A stretch of 64,000 nt of DNA from an uncultured Chloroflexia bacterium (GTDB lineage: Bacteria > Chloroflexota > Limnocylindria > Limnocylindrales > CSP1-4): assembly GCA_963752475.1 (NCBI GenBank), contig CAVVYR010000026.1, positions 39,250-103,249 of the forward strand, in the 5' to 3' direction. The position numbers were made by a program, and so were the translations under genes. Below are positions 21,163 to 30,932 of the stretch, one piece after another. Position 1 is the first letter of the stretch. Each line of letters starts with the position of its first letter. The notes under the pieces are model-generated. The model was not told where the DNA came from. It did no database searches and saw only the letters and a list, made by a program, of their open reading frames with translations.

Positions 21163-21269
21163 CGTGTCCTTTCGGGGCTGGCGGCCACCCTTGCGCGACC
21201 GCGGAACCCGAATCATGCGTCGGATGCGGTATTCCTGTCGACCGCGCGAGCCGTTAGCATCGCCATACC

Positions 21270-22307
21270 GTGTCGAACCCAACGATGCCCGATCCTCCGT
21301 CGCGACCACCCAAGCCGGCCGAGCCCAGCCCCGGCGGCTTCGACGAGGCCGCCGCTCAGGCGCCGATGCACGGGAACGACCAGGCTCCGAGCTTCGTCCT
21401 GCGCGGCCAGGCCTGGGTCTACCGTTGGCTCTCTAGCCAGTCGCGTGTCGTGCTCGGACTGGTGATCGTCATCCTGGCCGTGGTCGCGGCCGTTGCCCTC
21501 TCGTCGTCCAAGCTCCTGCGTATCTTCTTCGATGGGCTCGACGTCCTCGCGCTGGCGGCGCTGTTCCTGGTCAACTGGCTCGGCAATGGGGGCGCCCTCG
21601 TGCCCATCCCCGGTGCACGTTTCGTCGGCCTCCTCCTCGTCTTCAACCAGGCCGTGGTCCTGCCGTCACTGCAGGTCTTCACGGTGGCCGCCGCGGGGAT
21701 GGCGCTCGGCCTTCTGAGCTACTACATCGCCGGCGCCCGCACCGCGGCCTCGTATGCGGAGGGTGACTCGGTCGGCGCCGAGGATCTGGCGCGTGAGACC
21801 GGCATGCTCGGCGATGACAGCTACGACTTCTCGCCCGGGGCGGACCTTGATGCCCAGACCGTCGAAGCCATCGCCGGTGTGAGTCCAGAGCCCGCGCCGC
21901 CGCCATCGTCCTCGGACGCGGCCGGCCCTCGCTCTGGCGGGCTCCGCTCGCGCTTCCGCTCGAGCCTGCAGCAGGCGCAAGCACGAGCCAAGCCGGTCAT
22001 CGAGCAACGCGGGACCGGGGGCATGTTCCTGCTCTGCTTCGCGCCCACGCCCATGGGTACGGCCGCGGCCTATCTCGGCGGGCTCATGCGCTTCGGCTTC
22101 TCCCGCTACCTGCTGGCCTCGTTCGTGGCCAAGTTCCTGCTGACGGGGATCATCGTCCTCCTGGCACTCATCTTCAGCGACGCCGCACGGGCCGTGGACG
22201 TCCCTGAGATCTACGTGCCCATCCTCGATGTCACGATCTTCGGGGACGGACCGCCGAACCTGCCCGTCCTGGCCTCGCCCTCACCGTCGGTGGAGCCGGT
22301 CGACTAG
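21270..22307 (+). CDS. Membrane protein, DedA/VTT-like with an acidic/Pro-rich insert
   Basis: Several TM helices, LVPIPG, AYLGGLMRFGFSRYLLASFVAKF. Confidence 0.55.
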   Translation: MSNPTMPDPPSRPPKPAEPSPGGFDEAAAQAPMHGNDQAPSFVLRGQAWVYRWLSSQSRVVLGLVIVILAVVAAVALSSSKLLRIFFDGLDVLALAALFLVNWLGNGGALVPIPGARFVGLLLVFNQAVVLPSLQVFTVAAAGMALGLLSYYIAGARTAASYAEGDSVGAEDLARETGMLGDDSYDFSPGADLDAQTVEAIAGVSPEPAPPPSSSDAAGPRSGGLRSRFRSSLQQAQARAKPVIEQRGTGGMFLLCFAPTPMGTAAAYLGGLMRFGFSRYLLASFVAKFLLTGIIVLLALIFSDAARAVDVPEIYVPILDVTIFGDGPPNLPVLASPSPSVEPVD

Positions 22308-22397
22308 GAGCCAGTCGAGCAGGGTCGGGCGCTCAGGACTGGGGCGCCGCTCACCCTGGCGCGGCGCCACCCGGACAATCGCTACGATGGAACCTCC

Positions 22398-24164
22398 ATG
22401 ACCGACACCGCTGTACCCACCGCTACCCGCAGCACCGATCCCGTCGAGTTGCTCGCGCTCATCCGCCGCAGCGTCATCGGCGATGACGAGGCCTTCAACG
22501 GCCCCTTCGGCGTGCGTCGTCTGACCTATGCCGACTACACCGCTTCGGGCCGCAACCTGACCTTCATCGAGGACTACATCCGCGAGCAGGTCATGCCGCT
22601 GTACGCCAACACCCACACCGAGTCGAGCGGCACGGGCCTGCAGACGACCCGCTTCCGCGAGGACGCGCGCGACATCATCCGCGAGGCCTGCGGTGCGGAC
22701 CGGGACGAGTACGCGGTCATCTTCGCCGGCTCGGGCTCGACCGCCGCGGTCGACAAGCTCATCGCCATCCTCAACCTGCGCATCCCCGCTGATCTGGACC
22801 AGCGTTTCGAGCTCTCTCGCCACATCCCCCTCGAGGAGCGCCCGGTCGTCTTCATCGGCCCCTACGAGCACCACTCCAACGAGCTGCCCTGGCGCGAGAC
22901 CATCGCCGACGTCGTGACCATCCACGAGGATGCCGACGGGCGTATCGATCTCACCCACCTCGCCGAGGAGCTCCGTGCGCACGCTGGTCGCCCCCTGAGG
23001 ATCGGCTCGTTCAGCGCGGCATCGAATGTCACCGGCATCAAGTCGGACACCCGGGGCATCTCGGCCCTGCTCCACGAGCACGACGCGCTGGCCTTCTGGG
23101 ACTACGGCGCGGGTGCACCCTACGTCGACCTCGACGTGGCCCCCCATCGGCCGGACGACGACGGAGACGGCACTTCCGCCCACCTTGACTACAAGGACGC
23201 GCTCTTCATCTCGCCGCACAAGTTCATCGGCGGCCCCGGCACACCCGGCCTGCTCGTCGTCAAGCGCGCGCTGTTGACGAACTCCGTCCCCGCCGTTCCC
23301 GGCGGCGGCACCGTGGCCTATGTCAACACCGATGACCACGTCTACATCGACGATCTCGAGCACCGCGAGGAGGGTGGCACCCCGGCCATCATCGAATCCA
23401 TCCGTGCCGGGCTCGTCTTCCAGCTCAAGGATGCTGTCGGGGCCGAGACCATCCGGCGCACGGAGGAGGACTTCATCCAGCGCGCCCTCGAGCGCTGGTC
23501 GGAGGCGCCTGGCCTGGAGGTCCTCGGCAACCTCGAGCACCCCCGACTCTCGATCGTCAGCTTCGTCGTGCGCCACGGCCCGCGCTACCTCCACCACAAC
23601 TACGTCGTGGCACTCCTCAACGATCTCTTCGGGGTCCAGTCACGCGGCGGCTGCTCGTGTGCCGGCCCGTACGGCCATCGGCTGCTGGGCATCGACATCG
23701 AGACCAGCCACGAGTTCGAGCGCGAGATCACCCGTGGTTGCGAAGGCATCAAGCCCGGCTGGGTCCGCGTCAACTTCAACTACTTCATCGACGAGCCGGC
23801 CTTCGAGTACGTGCTCGAGGCGGTCGAGATGGTGGCCGCCAATGGCTGGCGACTCCTGCCGCACTACCGCCACGATCCGGCCACCGGCTTGTGGCACCAC
23901 GTGGGTCGCCAGGCGGAGGCCCCGTTGAGCCTGCGCGACATCAGCTACGCCGGCGAGGGCATGGCCTACGAACACCACCGCCGCCAGGAGCCCGAGTCCG
24001 CTTTCGCCACCTACCTGGCCGAGGCGCGCGAGCTCATGGCCGACCCTCCCGCCCCAGCCGAGCCACCCCAGAGCGCCGCCGATCTCGATGTCGGCGGCGA
24101 CTTCGAGGGCCTGCGCTGGTTCCTGCTCCCTGACGAGGCCGCCGCGGAGCTTGCCGCCGGCTAG
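22398..24164 (+). CDS. Class V PLP-dependent aminotransferase (cysteine-desulfurase-like)
   Basis: YADYTASGR, YANTHTE, EHHSN, SPHKFIGGPG and RGGCSCAGPY motifs. Confidence 0.9.
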   Translation: MTDTAVPTATRSTDPVELLALIRRSVIGDDEAFNGPFGVRRLTYADYTASGRNLTFIEDYIREQVMPLYANTHTESSGTGLQTTRFREDARDIIREACGADRDEYAVIFAGSGSTAAVDKLIAILNLRIPADLDQRFELSRHIPLEERPVVFIGPYEHHSNELPWRETIADVVTIHEDADGRIDLTHLAEELRAHAGRPLRIGSFSAASNVTGIKSDTRGISALLHEHDALAFWDYGAGAPYVDLDVAPHRPDDDGDGTSAHLDYKDALFISPHKFIGGPGTPGLLVVKRALLTNSVPAVPGGGTVAYVNTDDHVYIDDLEHREEGGTPAIIESIRAGLVFQLKDAVGAETIRRTEEDFIQRALERWSEAPGLEVLGNLEHPRLSIVSFVVRHGPRYLHHNYVVALLNDLFGVQSRGGCSCAGPYGHRLLGIDIETSHEFEREITRGCEGIKPGWVRVNFNYFIDEPAFEYVLEAVEMVAANGWRLLPHYRHDPATGLWHHVGRQAEAPLSLRDISYAGEGMAYEHHRRQEPESAFATYLAEARELMADPPAPAEPPQSAADLDVGGDFEGLRWFLLPDEAAAELAAG

Positions 24165-24181
24165 CGGCGACCGAACTCGCG

Positions 24182-24637
24182 CTAGGCGAGCGGCACGTAG
24201 AGCTCGGTCTTGAGCTCGGCTTCCGGAGTCTCCTGCGGGTCGTCGATGTAGACCTCCCACGTGGGCCCGGCCGGCGCTCGACCCTGCTCGCTGACCCAGG
24301 TCATGATCGCCTCCCACGTCTCGCCGATCGTCTGATAGGGGCCGACGTGGACGGCGAATGCGGCCTCGCCGCCACCGACCGTGCTCGGCTGGACCTCACC
24401 ACTGGCGGTGAACGGCCCCGGCACCGGGATGGCGCACTCGAATGTGGTCTGCTCAGACCCGAAGTCGAAGTAGCGTGCGAGCGGCATGCCCGTCGGCTCG
24501 ACGCCGGACGAGACCACCGCGTGATAGATCTTGGGGAAGGCCTCACCCATGGCCGGCCCGATCTGGACCACAGGGCGCGTCATCTTGATGGCCGCGGTGT
24601 GCTGCTGGGTCGTCGGGCGGATCTCGAAGTCGGTCAT
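24182..24637 (-). CDS. GyrI-like small-molecule-binding protein
   Basis: HVGPYQTIGETW and WEVYIDDP..LKTELYVPL motifs. GAGGAG SD. Confidence 0.88.
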   Translation of the reverse strand: MTDFEIRPTTQQHTAAIKMTRPVVQIGPAMGEAFPKIYHAVVSSGVEPTGMPLARYFDFGSEQTTFECAIPVPGPFTASGEVQPSTVGGGEAAFAVHVGPYQTIGETWEAIMTWVSEQGRAPAGPTWEVYIDDPQETPEAELKTELYVPLA

Positions 24638-24651
24638 GGTCGTCTCCTCTA

Positions 24652-25524
24652 CTACTCCAGGACTCTGGGACTGTCTGCACGTGCCTTGATGGGGAAGGTG
24701 ATGTCGACCTGGTTGAGGTAGGTCTCCTCGTCGATGGAGCCGGTCCGGTACCACTCGATGGCGGCACCGTGGACCACCATCTCGGGGTGGTTCAGGAACC
24801 GTTGGCCGATGAGTTCGTAGGCCTGCCCGATCTGGCTGAACGGACCTACGTAGGTGGTCACCGCGTAGGTTCCCTCGCAGACGGTCTGCTGGCCCAGGCC
24901 GCATTCGGGCGGCAGGTCTTGGGTGATGGTCCAGCCGGCATCGAAGCGGAGGTGTTCGGGCGGCGTGATGTGCGGCGGATCCTGGGCGATGCCCAGCGGC
25001 AGGCCGTCGGTGGCGATGCCCAGCTCCGTGAGGCGCTGGCGGACGCGGCCCCAGAGGCCCCCGTCCACCTGGTCGTAGGGGCCGGTGTGCCGCAGGAAGG
25101 CGACTTCGATCGATCGCAACTCGCTCATCCGCGTGGACGAGATGGCCGCGCCTTCGATCGCCTCCGAGAGGCCCGGCTGACGTTCGTTCTGGCCGAGGTC
25201 GCCGAAGGCTCGTTGCTTCCGCCATTCGGACGGCGTCACGCCGAAATGGCGGGTGAATGCCCTGGTGAAGACCTCATGGCTCCGGAAGCCGTTGTCGAGC
25301 GCGATCTCCAGCACCGTCGACCGGCGCACCATCAGTTGTGAGGCCGCGCGCTCCAGCCTCAGGCGCTCGACGTAGCGTCGCGGCGTTTGGCCGGTGGTGG
25401 TCTCGATGCGGCGCTTCAGGGTCGACTCGGAGAATCCCGAGGACTGCGCCAGCGCAGCCAGACTGAGGTCCTCTTCGAGCCCGGCCTGGATGTGCACCAG
25501 GACCGGCAGCAGGTCGGCGTCCAT
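24652..25524 (-). CDS. AraC family regulator with GyrI-like domain
   Basis: LSLAALA, RLRLERAA, IALDNGF.SHEVFTRAF..FGVTPS and RHTGPY motifs. Confidence 0.9.
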   Translation of the reverse strand: MDADLLPVLVHIQAGLEEDLSLAALAQSSGFSESTLKRRIETTTGQTPRRYVERLRLERAASQLMVRRSTVLEIALDNGFRSHEVFTRAFTRHFGVTPSEWRKQRAFGDLGQNERQPGLSEAIEGAAISSTRMSELRSIEVAFLRHTGPYDQVDGGLWGRVRQRLTELGIATDGLPLGIAQDPPHITPPEHLRFDAGWTITQDLPPECGLGQQTVCEGTYAVTTYVGPFSQIGQAYELIGQRFLNHPEMVVHGAAIEWYRTGSIDEETYLNQVDITFPIKARADSPRVLE

Positions 25525-25617
25525 GGCTGGAGCATGCGCCGACGAGGTCGATGCGTCTTGACGATTCGGCTCAGCTGGCTTGACGTTTCGGGTCAGCTGC
25601 CCTGACCTGGTCGGGCG

Positions 25618-25791
25618 TCAGGCCCAGTACAACGCCCAAAGCATCATCAAGACCCCGCCACCGATCAGGGCCACGGCCAGGCAGCCCGAGCCCGCGGTGA
25701 GATGCTCTTCCTCCGATCGGCGTACCCAGATGATGACTGCGATACCGGCGACGATCGACGCGATTGCCATGGCGATGAAGATGAGGCCCAT
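25618..25791 (-). CDS. Small two-TM membrane protein
   Basis: 57 aa with two hydrophobic helices. AAAGGA SD upstream. Confidence 0.55.
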   Translation of the reverse strand: MGLIFIAMAIASIVAGIAVIIWVRRSEEEHLTAGSGCLAVALIGGGVLMMLWALYWA

Positions 25792-26038
25792 CGTGCTGGT
25801 CGTCCTTTCGGCTGAGGCGGCGCAGTCGCGCCCTGTAGCGAGGAATCTACCCGCCTCGCATCGGTGGCGCGACGTTCTCGCGATGTCTTCCCAGCTCTCC
25901 TCTCTCGCGCGCGGGCGCGTCGCCTTGCGAGGGCGTTGCCGACGTAGTCGGACCTGTTGACGCCCTTCCCAAGCCGTGGTCGTGCTGGAAGTAGCGCACG
26001 CATGCGCAAGGCAGCATCGAACGGGAGAAACTGACACC

Positions 26039-26698
26039 ATGAGCAAGCAGTTCAAGCAGATGACCGCGGCCGAGGCACGAACGGCCTTCTACGTCGACTT
26101 CGAGGGCGGCAAGGACGCCCCGCCCGTGCTCATCGGCATCCTGCGCAAGCACACGCAGCAGTACGTGGTCGAGCCGGCCTTTCGCGAGCTCGGCCCCGAC
26201 TTCCTCGAGCTGCGCCAGGCGGTGGCCACCGTCGTCACCCGGGCCGAGAAGCAGGCACGCAGGATCGCCTCATGGAGCGAGCACGACCTCGAGATCGTGC
26301 GCAGCCTGACGAACGAGCCGGAGCTCATCCGCCGTTTCGAGGCCCGCTACGCCAACGGTCGGGCGCTGGCTGCTCGCTGGACCACGCGCGATCCGCGGGT
26401 CGAGAAGCCGGCGACAGGTGATCTCGAGCGCTACTTCGAGCTCATCGGGTTCGAGGTGCCCGACTCGGCCGGACCGGGTCAGGTGGGCTCTACCGTGCGC
26501 AGCCTGCGCCAGCGTTTGGCTGCCGGACGTCAGCCGACCGAGAACCAGCTCGAGCGCTGGGCTGACCTGGTCGAGCACAACCGCCACGACTGCGAGGGCA
26601 TGCGGGCAGTGTGCATCCGCGCTGCCACCGATCTCGAGCGGCTCGATGAACAGACGCGCAAGCGCCGGAAGGGTCGAAAGTCGCGTCGCAAGCGCTAG
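26039..26698 (+). CDS. RNase H-like/DEDD-fold hypothetical protein
   Basis: FYVDFEG, ASWSEHD and HNRHDC acidic motifs; basic tail. GGAG SD. Confidence 0.55.
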   Translation: MSKQFKQMTAAEARTAFYVDFEGGKDAPPVLIGILRKHTQQYVVEPAFRELGPDFLELRQAVATVVTRAEKQARRIASWSEHDLEIVRSLTNEPELIRRFEARYANGRALAARWTTRDPRVEKPATGDLERYFELIGFEVPDSAGPGQVGSTVRSLRQRLAAGRQPTENQLERWADLVEHNRHDCEGMRAVCIRAATDLERLDEQTRKRRKGRKSRRKR

Positions 26699-26722
26699 GC
26701 AAGAGCGACCGTGGACAAGCCC

Positions 26723-27718
26723 CTAGGAGCCGACCTCGTGGAGCGGGGAGCCCGTCTCCTCGAAGGCGGTCAGGTTGGCCATCGTGGTCTCGGCGATGTT
26801 CTGCAGCGCCTCGGCCGTGAAGAAGGCCTGGTGCGCGGTGATGAGCACGTTGGGGAACGTCAGCAGCCGGGCGAAGGTGTCGTCCTGGATGATCGAGGCG
26901 CTCTGGTCCTCGAAGAAGCCGACAGCATGCTCCTCCTCGTAGACGTCGAGGCCCAGGTAGCCCAGCCGGCCGTCCTTGAGGGCATCGATGGCGGCTTCGG
27001 TGTCGATGAGGCCACCGCGGCTGGTGTTCACGATGGTCACGCCCGGCTTGACGACCGAGAGCGTGGCCGCGTTGACGAGGTGATGCGTGTCCGAGGTGAG
27101 TGGCGCGTGGAGCGCGATGATGTCCGACTTCGAGAACAGCTCCCGGAGATCGACGTACCTGGCGCCGAGCTTGGTCATCTCGTCGTTGGGGAAGGGGTCG
27201 AAGGCGAGGAGCTCGCAGCCGAAGCCCTTCATGATCCCGGCGAAGACGGTGCCGATGCGGCCGGTGCCCACGACACCGACGGTCTTGCCGTTGAGGTCGT
27301 AGCCGAGGAGGCCGTCGAGCGCGAAGTTGCCATCGCGCACGCGGTTGTAGGCTCGAGGCGTCCGCCGCACGAGCGACAGGATCAGCGCGACCGCGTGCTC
27401 GGCCACCGCATAGGGGGAGTAGGCCGGGACGCGGCAGACCTTGATGCCGACCTCTCTGGCCACCTCGAGATCGACGTTGTTGAAGCCGGCGGCACGTAGC
27501 GCGATGAGCTTGGTCCCGCCTTCGGCCAGATCGTGCAGGACCTGGCCGTTGACCTCGTCATGGACGAAGACGCAGACGGCCTCGTGGTCGGCGGCTAGCT
27601 TGACCACGTCACAGTTGAGGCTGGCTTCGAAGAAGTCGAGCTTGTGGGACGAGCCCGCGGCGGCGATACCGAGGTACTGCTCGTCGTAGGGCTTGGCAGA
27701 AAAGACGGCGACACGCAT
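26723..27718 (-). CDS. ldhA: D-lactate dehydrogenase (D-2-hydroxyacid dehydrogenase)
   Basis: RAAGFNNVD, RVPAYSPYAVAEH, GTGRIG, NTSRG and ITAHQAFFT motifs. Confidence 0.88.
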   Translation of the reverse strand: MRVAVFSAKPYDEQYLGIAAAGSSHKLDFFEASLNCDVVKLAADHEAVCVFVHDEVNGQVLHDLAEGGTKLIALRAAGFNNVDLEVAREVGIKVCRVPAYSPYAVAEHAVALILSLVRRTPRAYNRVRDGNFALDGLLGYDLNGKTVGVVGTGRIGTVFAGIMKGFGCELLAFDPFPNDEMTKLGARYVDLRELFSKSDIIALHAPLTSDTHHLVNAATLSVVKPGVTIVNTSRGGLIDTEAAIDALKDGRLGYLGLDVYEEEHAVGFFEDQSASIIQDDTFARLLTFPNVLITAHQAFFTAEALQNIAETTMANLTAFEETGSPLHEVGS

Positions 27719-27747
27719 ACCTTTAGCCTAGTGGATAGCGCCAGACA

Positions 27748-27784
27748 CGACGAAAGGGCCGGGCTGGTTCCCGGCCCTCGTCGT
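27748..27784 (-). terminator. Stem-loop downstream of the SIMPL gene
   Basis: GGGCCGGG-ctggtt-CCCGGCCC stem, extended by cgacga/tcgtcg. Confidence 0.5.
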
Positions 27785-27800
27785 CTTCGTGTTCGTGGGG

Positions 27801-28565
27801 CTAGGCGATCTCGTAGACCAGATAGACGTTGACGGAGAGCTCGACTTCGCCCGGCAGGACCGGAGTGGAGGCTCCGGCGTCGGCGGCCATGGCCATCTCC
27901 GCGCGAGCCATGTAGATGGGCTGGGGTGGCTGGGCGCCGGACTCGCTGATCGAGACGATGCCGACGATCTCGACGCCGGCATCGGCGGCCAGCTGGTCGG
28001 CCTTCGCGCGCGCGTCCTCGACGGCGGCGGTGCGAGCGAGCGCCTGGGCCTCGGTCGGGTCCTCGACGCGGAAGCTGATGCCATTGATCTGGTTGGAACC
28101 GGCCCCGACTACGGCGTCGACGACATCGCCCACGGCCTCCATATCGCGCACGGTCACGTTGACCATGTTGCGAGCCTCCCAGCCCACGATCTCCGCCGGC
28201 TCCTTGTTCCAGTCGTAGCGGGCGCTGAGGTTGATGCTGGTGGTCTGGATGTCCTTCTCATCGACGCCCATGGCCAGCAGGGCCTGGACGACCGAGTCCA
28301 TCGAGGCAGCGGCCTTCTGTGAGGCAGCCGCGGCCTCCTTGGCCGTCTCGAACACGCCGAGGCTGATGTCGGCGACGTCCGGTACGGCGTTGACGCGGCC
28401 CGTGCCCGAGACGCTCAGGGTCCGCAGGGTCTCGTCGCCGTTCGACTGTGCCTGGGTGGGGGCGACGGCCGCACCCACGAGCGAGGCGGCCAGGACGCTC
28501 GCGGCGAGGCCGGCGGCGATCCAGCGAAGGCTGGGACGGGAGAGGGTGAGGCTGGTGCTGTTCAC
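27801..28565 (-). CDS. SIMPL (DUF541) domain secreted protein
   Basis: Signal peptide, LSVSGTGRV..PD, DIQT, AVEDARAKA and PGEVELSVNV motifs. Confidence 0.9.
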   Translation of the reverse strand: MNSTSLTLSRPSLRWIAAGLAASVLAASLVGAAVAPTQAQSNGDETLRTLSVSGTGRVNAVPDVADISLGVFETAKEAAAASQKAAASMDSVVQALLAMGVDEKDIQTTSINLSARYDWNKEPAEIVGWEARNMVNVTVRDMEAVGDVVDAVVGAGSNQINGISFRVEDPTEAQALARTAAVEDARAKADQLAADAGVEIVGIVSISESGAQPPQPIYMARAEMAMAADAGASTPVLPGEVELSVNVYLVYEIA

Positions 28566-28666
28566 CGTGATCGATCCTCCGAATATGAGTCACTGAGGCG
28601 AGTGTGGACGGCGCGTGACGACGTCGCCCTGCATCCCCTAGACGTCGGGGTATGGCGGTCGGTTCC

Positions 28667-29164
28667 CTAGCCGATCTCGCTGTTCCGCTTGAGGGGGTAG
28701 ATGACCTCGGTCATCCAACGGTTCGGGTCCGGCTCTGCGGCAGGGTCCGAGACGTAGAGCTCCCATGGCCCGCCATTCGCGTGCTGAGCCGGGTTGGCCT
28801 CCATCCATCGTCTCATCGCCGCGTGGGTGGCCGCGAGCGTCTCGTAGGTGCCGGTGTGGACGGCGATGGCTGCCGGTCCGGCCGGAAGCTCGCCCGGCTT
28901 CACGTTGGCGACGGGCTGGATGGGCCTATCGACGATGACGCCGGCCTCGAGGTCGATGGTCTCGCCCATCGCGTGGTAGCGCGCGAACGGCTGGCTGGCA
29001 GGTTCGATACCCTGCTCGCGCAGTGCGCCCATGACCGTCTGGAACATGCGGCCCATGGCTTCGGCCAAGGCCGGCGCGCGGACCTCCTCACGGACGACCG
29101 CGGTCTGGTGGCCACCGAGCACTCGCAGCTCGATCTTGGACGACGGTGCTCGTGGGTCAGGCAT
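28667..29164 (-). CDS. GyrI-like domain protein
   Basis: PFARYH, HTGTYETL and PWELYVSDP..WMTEVIYPL motifs. Confidence 0.85.
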   Translation of the reverse strand: MPDPRAPSSKIELRVLGGHQTAVVREEVRAPALAEAMGRMFQTVMGALREQGIEPASQPFARYHAMGETIDLEAGVIVDRPIQPVANVKPGELPAGPAAIAVHTGTYETLAATHAAMRRWMEANPAQHANGGPWELYVSDPAAEPDPNRWMTEVIYPLKRNSEIG

Positions 29165-29452
29165 GGGGACACCTCGGCGCGTTGCAGGTGCGTGCATCGT
29201 GGGCTGCGGCCGGGCGGATTTCAAGACCCACGATGGTCATAGCACCGGTCATCGGCGTTCTGGGTCTGGCCTCGCCCTCGCCCGCCCTCGCCCTCGGCTG
29301 AGTCGCCCTCCGCTTCCCTCGCCCGAGTCTTGGCCACCCTCGCGCCATGCCCTCCGTGACTCTCGAGGGGAGAGCCTCCCCACGGGCCAGTCCCGTCAAC
29401 GCATATTCCTCGGCAACATGGGCATAGCGGGGTTGGTTGGGTCTTCGAATGG

Positions 29453-29821
29453 CTAGGCGCGGCGGTTCCGCAGGAAGTCTGCCCGTGTCTCCTCCGAGAC
29501 GATGGGCCGGTATGGGTCGATGCTCGTTCGGCCGTCCTCATCGAGATGGTTCCAGGGGCAGAAGTGCGGGTGTGGACAGTAGGCGAAGGGGAACCCACCG
29601 GGCATGGCATCGCTGATGCGGACGAGCTTGATGAGCGCGGCAGACGAGGCCTTGCCGCGCTCGATCCTCGAGATCGTCGATTGCGACACGCCCGACAGCT
29701 GTGCGAGCGTCACCTGGCTCAGACCGGCGTACAGCCGGCAGCGACGGAACTCGACCCCGAACCGGCGGAGCGAGGCCCGATCACGTTCACCCTCAGGGCG
29801 TTGATATGGCATGACGCCCAT
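29453..29821 (-). CDS. XRE-family HTH protein
   Basis: RLYAGLSQVTLAQLSGVSQSTISRIERG. Start uncertain. Confidence 0.7.
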   Translation of the reverse strand: MGVMPYQRPEGERDRASLRRFGVEFRRCRLYAGLSQVTLAQLSGVSQSTISRIERGKASSAALIKLVRISDAMPGGFPFAYCPHPHFCPWNHLDEDGRTSIDPYRPIVSEETRADFLRNRRA

Positions 29822-29974
29822 CGTGGCCTTCGGCACTTCGCACTCACACATCGCTTGCTTATCGCACGCTTGGCCAGCCCACTCGGCTGGGCATATTCCC
29901 TCGCAGACGTGGGATATGCCGTGAAGGGACTGGGTTATGGAGGGCTCCCATGCCGCAGAGTCAGGAAGGGCATG

Positions 29975-30098
29975 GTGCCGCCGACCGAAGGGCTAGTGCC
30001 GCCGACCGAAGCGCACAGCGTCGCCGACCGAATCGCTAGTGCCGCTGACCGAAGCGCACAGCGTCGCCGACCGAAGCGCTAGCGTCGCCGACCGAAGG
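29975..30098. repeat. Tandem repeat, six units of 21-22 bp
   Basis: Core GCCGACCGAA (GCTGACCGAA in unit 4); units start at 29975, 29996, 30018, 30039, 30061 and 30082. Confidence 0.9.
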
Positions 30099-30155
30099 CC
30101 AAGCACCCCACCATCGAGCCGAGGGCGCTCGCGGCGCATCGGATAGGCTCCGGGC

Positions 30156-30845
30156 ATGCGAACGACGAGACAGATGAGCAGCCGGCGCGGGCTGACCTCG
30201 ACCCGGCGGACGACGAGACGGTCGATCATCGGGTTCTGGCTGGCTGCGACCCTGGCCCTCGGGGTCATGCCCGCGGCGGCCCAGGACGCCGATGAACCCA
30301 GTCCTTCGGCCAAGCCCACGCCGATCCCGGCGCAGACCGAATCGGGTCGGCCGGACCTCTATCTCGATATGCCCTACTTCATCGGTGGGTTCGAGCCCGA
30401 GATCGTGATGGTCCGGGGCGACGAGCACTTCTCGAGCCTCGCCCCCGAGGACCCGACGCGGCTCGCCCTCGAGGGACTGCTCGAAACCACGCGAGCAGAG
30501 GTGAACGACCTGGTCTCGGGCTATGCGCTCGTCTCCCAGGAGGGGTTCTTCGCGTTCGTTGTTGGCATCCGCGTTGACGGAGTGGAGCAGGGAACGCTGT
30601 GGCCGGCATACGGGCCGATCCTCATCAGCGACCTCGAGGACCCGTCGACCGAGCAGGCCACCGTCGGCGACAAGGACGTCACGGTCATCACCTCGGTCGG
30701 TGAGGATGGCGAGTACGTCGAACTCTATGCCTACGACGAAGGCGACACCATCTGGATCGTGCAGGGCCCCTCCGATGTCGCGGAGACGACCCTCTACAAC
30801 CTGCCCGACCCGATGGAGCCGGACGCTGCGGAAGACGGCGGGTAG
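30156..30845 (+). CDS. Secreted hypothetical protein
   Basis: Arg-rich signal peptide ending AAA-Q; acidic mature part. TAGGCT 6 nt before ATG. Confidence 0.7.
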   Translation: MRTTRQMSSRRGLTSTRRTTRRSIIGFWLAATLALGVMPAAAQDADEPSPSAKPTPIPAQTESGRPDLYLDMPYFIGGFEPEIVMVRGDEHFSSLAPEDPTRLALEGLLETTRAEVNDLVSGYALVSQEGFFAFVVGIRVDGVEQGTLWPAYGPILISDLEDPSTEQATVGDKDVTVITSVGEDGEYVELYAYDEGDTIWIVQGPSDVAETTLYNLPDPMEPDAAEDGG

Positions 30846-30932
30846 GAGGAGACGGGGTCCGACATCAGGGGGAGGACGTCAGACCCCGCCTTCCGAAACG
30901 CAGATCGGCCGCCCGAGGCCGATGCATATGGT

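Noticed and set aside
29975-30098. Possible CRISPR array
   Set aside because: The units are contiguous with no unique spacers, and no cas genes are in the window.
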